Below are positions 16,460 through 23,114 of a DNA stretch of 23,114 bases, piece after piece. Within the stretch, counting starts at the first letter, position 1. The number at the start of each line of letters is the position of its first letter. Position numbers and translations under genes: made by a program. The notes beneath the pieces are model-generated. The model saw nothing but the letters and a program-made list of their open reading frames with translations, had not been told where the DNA came from and searched no databases. The DNA is from a virus: the IMG/VR virus record IMGVR_UViG_3300045391_005035; one strand, written 5' to 3'.

Positions 16460-18031
16460 ATGAGCTTCGTATCTGGACAGAGACCTGTTGCTCCATGGGC
16501 GGATCACCACTGGTGGGGCATCTTTTCGAGCGCTGACTCTTTGCCAAATACGGCTGGGTTCAGCGCGTCCGGATATGCGGGCGACGTCCAGCGTGGAGAT
16601 CTAGCCTGGGCCGACGACGCCGGTCAGCTCTACGTCTGCGCCGATCCTACGCCCGGCGCCGCCGTGTGGCAGCAGGTGTCGGTAGGACCGATTCCGGTCA
16701 TCCCGGGTGGGCAGATCGCATTCAGCCAGTTCGATCCAGGCGTCGGCGTTGCCAACCGATGGAACGTCGCAATGACAGCTGCTCAGGCGCGCATGCAGCT
16801 GTCCCCGTACACGCTGCTGCTGGACGGTTCGTTTTCGTTCACCCAGAAGGTGGTGCTCGCGGTTCCGATGTTCATCGTCGGCACGACCGGCGCAGAGATG
16901 GCGTGGAGCGTCAGCGGCGACGCTGGCATCGAGATTCAGCCAAGCGCCGCCGGGACAGCCATTTCGTTCGTAGCGCTGACGGGCCCCACGCCGTTCGACG
17001 GGCAGGCGGACATCGGACTTCTGATCCACGGCGCCAGGTGCATCTTCTCGAACATGTACGTCTCGAACTGGGGCGGCATTGGCATTAGCGTCAACGCGGA
17101 CATCAACCTCGGAACCAACGCGAACGAGTGCTCGTTCACCAAGGTACAGCTCGTTCTCTGCGGAAACAGCTTGGCGCATCAGACTGGTAGCAACGCCGGC
17201 ATGTATTTCAACGGGGGCGACTCCAACGGATGCACCATGATCGGGTGCGACGCGACCGATTCACGTCGTGGATTCTACGACTCCAGCTTCCTGGGCAACA
17301 CGTTCCTGGGGTGCTCCGTGGAGGGATGCAACGACAGGTTCACGAAGAATCCGAACGATCCGACGGTCGGCTACGGCTTCATCACCGACGACGGGAACGC
17401 GCGATCGCAGTTCTTCGGCTGCTACATGGAAGGCGACTCGCAGGGCGACATCATCCTGCCGTCAATGGTCTTCGGCGGCATCGTTTCCAACCGTGGCAAC
17501 GCCACGACGTTCACGTCGGGCGCGGTGACGCCAACGCTGGCCCTCTCGCGCTCGTACGTGAATCCGATCGATGGCGTCCCAACCGAAGCAGCAGTTGCGC
17601 TCGGAGCCATTGGATCGGAAGCCGGACTTGTCGAGTCCGTCTCGGTAATCAACACGAGCACCGGTATCCCGATTCAGGAGCCAATGAAGCTCTACTGGGG
17701 GAAGCACGCGTGGACCCCGGACTGGTGGACCTGGACCTACGCCGGACTCGATATCGGCGACTTCATGCGCATGAAGAAGGCGCAGCTGTGGTTTCCCGGA
17801 GATCTGTACCTGGGCTACCTCGCTGGCACCAACTACGGTATGCGTCAGGTGATCGGCGGCGCCAACCCGTCTGTGGTTCCAGACAGCGCGCAGAACGGAG
17901 AGCCGTGGCGCGTCGGAGACACGTGGATCGTCGCCACGCCAGCGCCTGGCGCGCCGAGTTCGTATCGATGCACCAGTGTTGACAACCTGGGCGTGCCCAC
18001 GTGGAAAGTGGACAGGAGGGTCGATCCGTGA
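16460..18031 (+). CDS. Beta-helix spike protein A
   Basis: N-terminal module shared with the 13559 fibre; Asn/Cys-ladder beta-helix (NANEC, GGDSNGC, DSSFLGNTF); C-terminal PWRVGD..YRCT..GVPTWK. Confidence 0.82.
   Translation: MSFVSGQRPVAPWADHHWWGIFSSADSLPNTAGFSASGYAGDVQRGDLAWADDAGQLYVCADPTPGAAVWQQVSVGPIPVIPGGQIAFSQFDPGVGVANRWNVAMTAAQARMQLSPYTLLLDGSFSFTQKVVLAVPMFIVGTTGAEMAWSVSGDAGIEIQPSAAGTAISFVALTGPTPFDGQADIGLLIHGARCIFSNMYVSNWGGIGISVNADINLGTNANECSFTKVQLVLCGNSLAHQTGSNAGMYFNGGDSNGCTMIGCDATDSRRGFYDSSFLGNTFLGCSVEGCNDRFTKNPNDPTVGYGFITDDGNARSQFFGCYMEGDSQGDIILPSMVFGGIVSNRGNATTFTSGAVTPTLALSRSYVNPIDGVPTEAAVALGAIGSEAGLVESVSVINTSTGIPIQEPMKLYWGKHAWTPDWWTWTYAGLDIGDFMRMKKAQLWFPGDLYLGYLAGTNYGMRQVIGGANPSVVPDSAQNGEPWRVGDTWIVATPAPGAPSSYRCTSVDNLGVPTWKVDRRVDP
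17327..17385. repeat. 59-bp repeat, copy 1 (spike A)
   Basis: 58/59 identical to 19045-19103 (single synonymous T/C). Confidence 0.92.
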
Positions 18032-18267
18032 AGGCAGCTACATACGCCGAGTTCGTTCTGTGGTTTCACTCGCGCACGTGGCCGTCGGACGTGGTCGCGC
18101 GCATCAGGTCGCTGGACGACGGGGCGATCACAGAACTGGGAAACGCCGAAGAGGCCGTTGCGAAGGCTGAGGCGGTCCGTGGCAGCTACTTCATCGAGGT
18201 GATGAAGCCGTCGTCGAACCGACCCGGACGTTTCGTCACGCTCGATGCGTTGCTCGTCAAGATCTGA
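18028..18267 (+). CDS. Hypothetical 79-aa protein
   Basis: AGGAGG at 18014-18019; GTGA overlap with the spike A stop. Confidence 0.72.
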   Translation: MKAATYAEFVLWFHSRTWPSDVVARIRSLDDGAITELGNAEEAVAKAEAVRGSYFIEVMKPSSNRPGRFVTLDALLVKI

Positions 18268-18294
18268 TGCGTCGATGACGAAACAGGGGCCATC

Positions 18295-19695
18295 ATGAGC
18301 GGTCTGCCATTCAAGACGACGCCTGCGCGTTCGTCACTGTACGACGACATCGTCGAGCCGAAGCTCGGCGCTACGACCGTACAAGAGGCGATCGATGCGT
18401 TGAAGCAGCAGGCCCCGGGTCCCACCGCGACGCGGACACTGGCATCCTTCGATCCGGGCCCGCAAGACCCACGACGATGGAATACCGCCCTCGAATCAGC
18501 CGAGGCGGCGATGGCTGTCGACCCGTTCGTGCTGCTGATCGATGCCACCTACTCGCTCACAGAGCAGTGGGTGCTCTCGCGTCAGATGATCGTGACCGGG
18601 GCCCAGATCGGCAGCTTGCAGTGGACCGTGTCTGGCAATGCCGGCATTCGCATTCCACACGCAGCGTCGTACACGTCGATCGAGGGCCTCGGCATCGGTG
18701 GACCGCATCCATTCTACGGCGCGTTCGATGTCGGCATGCTGATCGAGGGAGCGCGCTGTCGACTAAATCGCGTCGTGTTCAGCAACTGGAACGGCATCGG
18801 CCTGCATCTCGATGCGGCAGTGCAGTCAGGTACAGATGCGAACCAGTGTGTCTTCTACGACCTCATCGTCGCTTTGTGCGGAAACAATCTCGGGATCCAA
18901 GACGGCACGAACGCCGGCATCCGACTTGTCGGAGGTGACGCGAACGGTTGTCTGTTTTCTGGCTGCGTGATCGTCGATTGTCGGCGCGGCGTACTCGACC
19001 AGAGTTTCCTCGGCAACACGTACGTCATGTGCACCGTGGAATCGTGCAACGACAGGTTCACGAAGAACCCGAACGATCCGACGGTCGGCTACGGCTTCAT
19101 CACGACGAACGCCAATGCGCGCAGCACGTTCTGCGGCTGCTATACGGAGAGCGACTCGGAGAGCGACGTGGTCCGTCCCGCGATCATCGTGGGCGGGATC
19201 TCCGCTGACCAGCCAAATCGCGGCACTGCGCCGCGCATCGGCCAAGGGATCTATCCGGGATACGGCATCGGCAGCGATGTCGGTGGCGTCTTCATGGGCA
19301 CCGCTGACGGCATCCCGGCCGACAATCTGATCGCATACTTCTCCACGGGGCTCGCACTGCCGGTGTACACCGTGTACGGTCGCAGTGGGCGCCCGTGGTT
19401 CTCCTGGAACTATGCGAACCTGGGCGTGGGCGACATCTGGCGCTGGAAACCGTACGGCGTCTGGACGCCATACGACTTCCACCGAGGCGATCCGAACTCG
19501 CTCGTGGGCGGCCTTCGTGAGGTCGTAGCCGCCGACACCGCGAGCGCCGCAACAAGCGACGGTCTTCCGTGGCAGGTGGGCGACCGGCTGATCATCCGAG
19601 CGCCAGCGTCAGGTCAGCCGAGCACGTACCGATGCACCGCTGTGGACGGGCAGGGCGTGCCCACGTGGAAGGTCGAGAGCACCGTCGCGCCGTAG
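18295..19695 (+). CDS. Beta-helix spike protein B (paralog of spike A)
   Basis: Collinear with spike A from (Q/S)FDPG onward; different N-terminus YDDIVEPKLGATTVQEAIDAL, a trimeric-fibre anchor-like motif. Confidence 0.82.
   Translation: MSGLPFKTTPARSSLYDDIVEPKLGATTVQEAIDALKQQAPGPTATRTLASFDPGPQDPRRWNTALESAEAAMAVDPFVLLIDATYSLTEQWVLSRQMIVTGAQIGSLQWTVSGNAGIRIPHAASYTSIEGLGIGGPHPFYGAFDVGMLIEGARCRLNRVVFSNWNGIGLHLDAAVQSGTDANQCVFYDLIVALCGNNLGIQDGTNAGIRLVGGDANGCLFSGCVIVDCRRGVLDQSFLGNTYVMCTVESCNDRFTKNPNDPTVGYGFITTNANARSTFCGCYTESDSESDVVRPAIIVGGISADQPNRGTAPRIGQGIYPGYGIGSDVGGVFMGTADGIPADNLIAYFSTGLALPVYTVYGRSGRPWFSWNYANLGVGDIWRWKPYGVWTPYDFHRGDPNSLVGGLREVVAADTASAATSDGLPWQVGDRLIIRAPASGQPSTYRCTAVDGQGVPTWKVESTVAP
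19045..19103. repeat. 59-bp repeat, copy 2 (spike B)
   Basis: 58/59 identical to 17327-17385. Confidence 0.92.
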
Positions 19696-19777
19696 GCTGA
19701 CCCGGCTGTGCCGCCGTGTCGCGCTTGAAGTTCGTGGGGTTGCGTGGGGTGCGTATGTTGTGTAAGCACGCGCCTGC

Positions 19778-20809
19778 ATGAAGAACCACGTGTATCTCGC
19801 TGCGGCGCTGTCTCTGTCGTGCGCGACGCCGGATCAGCTCGACGCGCATCGCATCGAGCCTCTGGTGGCGGACGCGGCGAACCCGCCGTCGGCGCCAGAT
19901 CCCGTGGCTATTCCGACGGCAGAGCAGCTCGACGAGCAGATCGCAGCGCGCATGGCGCAGATCGCCGAAGAACAGCGCGCGGCGACCGCCGCGCTCCCGT
20001 CGGTGACGCAAGCTGAGTCGCCGCCAACGGAGACCGCGGTCCAGCGCGCCCTCAACGGCTACGGCGAGTGCTACAGCGAGCTGCGCTCCGTGCGCCGTCA
20101 CTGCCGGGCGAGGTTCGTAAGGACGTTGTCCGAGACGACGCTCATTCGTCGCATGGGCAACGAGCCGGGTCTTCTCGAAGCAACGCAGACGGTGCTCGGG
20201 CGCATCATCCTGTCGGAAGCGAACTGGTTGCACGACGAACGTCGCGACCGCTTCTTCCCCGAGCAGAACCATGCGGAACGAGACGCGCCTGGCATCTACG
20301 CGGTGCTGCGGCGCACACGGAGAAGCGGTGAGACGCTGCTCGGAGCGATGCGTCGGCATGCGCCGCACGTCAGCGAAGCGCGACCGATCACCGGGCGGCT
20401 CACGGGACGCCGCATGGCGTGGATCGTCCGGCTCCAGATGGACTGCGATCGTCCGCATGGGTTCCCGGAGACAGATCGCGCTGGGAATCCGATCGACTGG
20501 GATGACGACGGCTACCGCGAGCGATGCGAAAATCTGTTCGCGTACGCAGGTCGCCTGCTTAGCGGCGAAGAATCGCTGGGCGTCTGGGAGACCGCGCCGG
20601 TGACGACGTGGGGCGGGCGCTGCGAGGACGAGGGAGGCGCATGCGACGATCACCTCGGCAGCCATCGCGGTCTCGTGCCGTGGGAACCTCCGTCGGGACC
20701 GCTGCCCGCCAACCGGTTCTGGTGCAGGCCTGGCACCGATGGTTGTGATGGTCCGCCGCTGGCGGTTGGAGGAGCGTCGAGCAGTTCTGCACCCGAGAGC
20801 GCTCGCTGA
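19778..20809 (+). CDS. Predicted lipoprotein with SleB/Hydrolase_2-like motif and Cys-rich C-terminus (putative lytic enzyme)
   Basis: MKNHVYLAAALSLSC lipobox-like signal; Pro/Ala linker; VLGRIILSEA..IYAVLRR resembles SleB LAR.IY.EA..VA.V..NR. CDS is solid, function tentative. Confidence 0.6.
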   Translation: MKNHVYLAAALSLSCATPDQLDAHRIEPLVADAANPPSAPDPVAIPTAEQLDEQIAARMAQIAEEQRAATAALPSVTQAESPPTETAVQRALNGYGECYSELRSVRRHCRARFVRTLSETTLIRRMGNEPGLLEATQTVLGRIILSEANWLHDERRDRFFPEQNHAERDAPGIYAVLRRTRRSGETLLGAMRRHAPHVSEARPITGRLTGRRMAWIVRLQMDCDRPHGFPETDRAGNPIDWDDDGYRERCENLFAYAGRLLSGEESLGVWETAPVTTWGGRCEDEGGACDDHLGSHRGLVPWEPPSGPLPANRFWCRPGTDGCDGPPLAVGGASSSSAPESAR

Positions 20810-20815
20810 CGCGAC

Positions 20816-20844
20816 TTGTCCGACAGGTTCTTGCGGCGTAGTCT
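20816..20844 (+). promoter_or_regulatory. sigma70-type promoter, leaderless start
   Basis: TTGTCC-N17-TAGTCT-N6-ATG(20851); no Shine-Dalgarno. Confidence 0.65.
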
Positions 20845-20850
20845 CGCTGC

Positions 20851-21279
20851 ATGGCGAAAAACATCTTCTCCGAGGACCGAGGCGTCGTCGACGATGCGTT
20901 CCAGAACGCGGGCGACATCGTCGACGATGCGCGTACCGGTCTGCACGAGGACGTGAAGGAGGCGGTGCACACCGGCGGCGTGCTGGTGATGAGCGACTGC
21001 CCCTACTGCGGTCTCCAGTGGAAGGGCATCATCAAGTGGCCCGAGATCATGGGCTTCTTCCTCGGGCAGCAGGTCCAGAACACGCAGGCGACCCCGAAGG
21101 GCGTCGGCATCGCGTTCGGATGTCGGAAGTGCTCGCGCGTCTCGCCCATGGTGATCCCGTGGGACGACGTCGACCGCTACGTCGCACGCGGCGTGAAGAT
21201 CAAGGTCCTACCGCAGGACATCTACCGCGCTCGGGATCAGATCCTCGCCGAGCGCTCGAAGATGCAGGTTCGGCGATGA
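20851..21279 (+). CDS. Zn-ribbon protein
   Basis: CPYC...CRKC; acidic N-terminus. Confidence 0.8.
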   Translation: MAKNIFSEDRGVVDDAFQNAGDIVDDARTGLHEDVKEAVHTGGVLVMSDCPYCGLQWKGIIKWPEIMGFFLGQQVQNTQATPKGVGIAFGCRKCSRVSPMVIPWDDVDRYVARGVKIKVLPQDIYRARDQILAERSKMQVRR

Positions 21280-21500
21280 GCGCTGGCTGCAAGGCTCACG
21301 GCTTCCGCGAGCCGTGCAGCGAGTGTGCGCTCGACGCGATGGCACCGACAGCCGAGGAGCGTGCGTACGTCGAGCAGGAGCGCAGGCGACATCAGCTCTG
21401 GGCCGACGGCGTGTACAAGGCAGCGTTATTCAACGCAGCGCAGTGTCTGCGTTGGCGGCGCCAGCTGACGTCGAACGCGCGAAACCATGTCGGCGAGTGA
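21276..21500 (+). CDS. Small CxxH/CxxC protein
   Basis: ATGA overlap; CKAH-x5-CSEC. Confidence 0.65.
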   Translation: MSAGCKAHGFREPCSECALDAMAPTAEERAYVEQERRRHQLWADGVYKAALFNAAQCLRWRRQLTSNARNHVGE

Positions 21501-21672
21501 CGCGCTGCTCGTGAAGACGAAGTGCGCCGACTGCGGTGATGAGCGGACGCGAGACTGCCTGCACTGGGATGCAGAGTGCAACTACCCGGGGCCGTTCTGC
21601 CGAAAGTGCGATTCGCCGGACCTGGAGCGAGTCCCTATCGAGCCGGAGGCCACTTCCCGCCGAGTGTCTTGA
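21487..21672 (+). CDS. Small Zn-ribbon protein
   Basis: KCADCG...CRKCDSPDLERV; overlaps the convergent gene by 38 nt. Confidence 0.68.
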   Translation: MSASDALLVKTKCADCGDERTRDCLHWDAECNYPGPFCRKCDSPDLERVPIEPEATSRRVS

Positions 21673-22117
21673 GCTGGCGCGCCGCAGCGTCTGCGTACCC
21701 CTTCAGCACGCCGTGTGCGTAGAGAATGGTGCCGCGGTCGGCGATCGTTAGCCCCGCCGCCTCGGCCGCCCGATCGATCATCAGCAGTCGCACGGCCCAC
21801 CCCTCGAAGAACGGGACGTCGCCGGCGCAGAGCGCGTTGTAGGCGGCGCGCTCGTGCGTCTCGTAGAGCAGCTTCCCCCATCGGACGGCGAACTCGGGGA
21901 GGCGGTTGTACGGGATCCCTCTGGCGACCCAGATCGCGTCGCGCAGCTTGCGCCACGCAGCGAGGAACCCGTACGCCGACTTCGCTCGCTTGAAGGCCGG
22001 CGGGAGGTGATCCGCGTCGAGCTTCTTCGGCATGTGGAACGGCGTCTGCGTCGCACGCTTGGTGTCGTCGACGTCCCATGTTTCGTCGAGGATCTTCGCG
22101 ACGGCCGCGTCGGTCAC
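21635..22117 (-). CDS. Hypothetical 160-aa helical protein
   Basis: GTG 22117 in GTGA overlap with the WDGH gene stop (ORF track extends to 22459). Confidence 0.72.
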   Translation of the reverse strand: MTDAAVAKILDETWDVDDTKRATQTPFHMPKKLDADHLPPAFKRAKSAYGFLAAWRKLRDAIWVARGIPYNRLPEFAVRWGKLLYETHERAAYNALCAGDVPFFEGWAVRLLMIDRAAEAAGLTIADRGTILYAHGVLKGYADAAARQLKTLGGKWPPAR

Positions 22118-22440
22118 AGACGGCCCGATCGCACGACGCGACTGGCGGCCCACACCATCAGCCGATCGTACTTCTCCTGCGTCGTGTGTCCGTCCCACGT
22201 GTTCGGCCCGTTCGGGATGTTCGACGCGAGGTCGCGTCGCTGCTCCCGAGTGAAGTGCCAGGAGCACTGCCCCGTCGGCAGGTCGATGAACAACACCGGC
22301 CATTCTGGCTCCTTCTCGTCGAGCGCGAACCAGACCTTGAGCCCCTGGCTCATGGCGATGTTCGCGATGGCCACTACAACGATCGCACGCTCCTCGTAGG
22401 CGACATTGCGCGCCGCTATGGCCGCGGATACGGACGTCAC
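22114..22440 (-). CDS. WDGH-motif phage protein
   Basis: YEER..LFIDLPTGQCSWH..WDGHTTQEKYDRL; GTG 22440 in GTGA overlap with the phosphatase stop. Confidence 0.8.
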   Translation of the reverse strand: MTSVSAAIAARNVAYEERAIVVVAIANIAMSQGLKVWFALDEKEPEWPVLFIDLPTGQCSWHFTREQRRDLASNIPNGPNTWDGHTTQEKYDRLMVWAASRVVRSGRL

Positions 22441-22907
22441 GCTGCACGTCCGTATGCACGGAGGTACTGCTCGAACATCGTGTTCGAGAGCGCGATGTCG
22501 CCGCCGGCGAGCTTGCGGTTGCGGCGGATGATGGTGATCGCCTGCTCCGGCGTCCAGCCTGGGTACAGCTTGAGCAGCGTCAGGCCCATCACGAGACCCG
22601 ATCGGTTCTTGCCCTGCATGCAGGTGATCAGGACGCGCTTGTTGTAGCTCGCGTGCTGCGCGCACTGTTGCGCGAGCATGTGGAGCTGCCTGCCGATCTC
22701 CCGCGGAACCGGGCGGTAGATGTCGTCGTCCATCGGGCCGTACAGCGCCAGCTTACCCGGCGGACATTTGATCTTCGGCTGGGCTTCCTCGGCCATGTAG
22801 ACGACGACGTCGAAGGCCTGGAAGAGTCCTGGATGTGCGCCTGGGTAGCCGCCCTGGGCGAGGCGCCCGGGAATAATCCACGAATAGTCCGAGTACGTTT
22901 TCGACAC
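22437..22907 (-). CDS. Dual-specificity/PTP-family (CX5R) phosphatase
   Basis: SWIIPGRLAQGGYP, general-acid loop PMDD, P-loop VLITCMQGKNRSG, AITIIRRNR..ALSNTMF; GTG start placed by the leaderless promoter. Confidence 0.88.
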   Translation of the reverse strand: MSKTYSDYSWIIPGRLAQGGYPGAHPGLFQAFDVVVYMAEEAQPKIKCPPGKLALYGPMDDDIYRPVPREIGRQLHMLAQQCAQHASYNKRVLITCMQGKNRSGLVMGLTLLKLYPGWTPEQAITIIRRNRKLAGGDIALSNTMFEQYLRAYGRAA

Positions 22908-22913
22908 GTGACC

Positions 22914-22958
22914 AGAGTAATCGCCGCGGAGGTGTCTGACAAGTTCGCGTGCTACGCT
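22914..22958. promoter_or_regulatory. Overlapping divergent promoters with central TGTCTGACA palindrome
   Basis: - strand TTGTCA(22942-22937)-N17-TACTCT(22919-22914)-N6-GTG; + strand extended -10 TGcTACGCT(22950-22958)-N7-GTG(22966). Confidence 0.65.
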
Positions 22959-22965
22959 GGTTCGC

Positions 22966-23114
22966 GTGAGCGCACCGATTCGCCTGTCGTTCGCCTGCGA
23001 AGGATGCGGATCTCGCATCCCGCTCTGCATCGAGCGCGAGTTGCCTGGCGGCATCAACCCCGACGTGCTCGCGTACTCCGACGAGTATCGCGCGGTGCTG
23101 TGCGGGCAATGCCG
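22966..23114 (+). CDS. 5' part of a Zn-ribbon protein, 3' truncated (not in ORF track)
   Basis: MSAPIRLSFACEGCGSRIPLCIERELPGGINPDVLAYSDEYRAVLCGQC..., open to the window end; two CxxC. Confidence 0.68.
   Translation, partial: MSAPIRLSFACEGCGSRIPLCIERELPGGINPDVLAYSDEYRAVLCGQC

Larger units (their letters stand above)
1..23114. mobile_element. Bacteriophage/provirus genome segment (boundaries not in window)
   Basis: Overlapping start/stop chains, many small hypotheticals, HNH, orphan MTase, PcfJ-like protein, helicase, several spike/fibre-like proteins and no cellular core genes. Confidence 0.88.

Noticed and set aside
17327-19103. Diversity-generating retroelement TR/VR pair
   Set aside because: Both copies are in-frame in paralogous genes, there is only one (synonymous) mismatch, the repeat is not C-terminal, and no reverse transcriptase is in the window

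Overview
Densely coding, GC-rich (roughly two-thirds G+C by eye) fragment that reads as a bacteriophage or provirus genome. Genes are chained by ATGA/GTGA/TGATG overlaps and no host housekeeping genes are present. In order: (1) a + strand accessory operon with a RyR-like membrane protein, HNH nuclease, beta-class amino-methyltransferase with a degenerate DVAY motif, Mesh1-like HD hydrolase, small ORFs and a ribbon-helix-helix regulator; (2) a - strand block with a PcfJ-domain protein; (3) a putative replication module: an 1117-aa SF2-like helicase whose leader is overlapped by a predicted ~108-nt antisense RNA with its own promoter and terminator, and which carries an internal AT-rich patch; (4) four fibre/spike-like proteins with shared modules plus small helpers; (5) a predicted lipoprotein with a SleB-like motif; (6) Zn-ribbon ORFs; (7) a - strand operon of CX5R phosphatase, WDGH-motif protein and an unknown. 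Several units appear to start from leaderless sigma70-type promoters, two sharing a TGTC-N-GACA palindrome. No capsid, terminase, portal, tail tube/sheath, integrase, tRNA or CRISPR was recognised. All family calls are by-eye motif recognition, not database searches.
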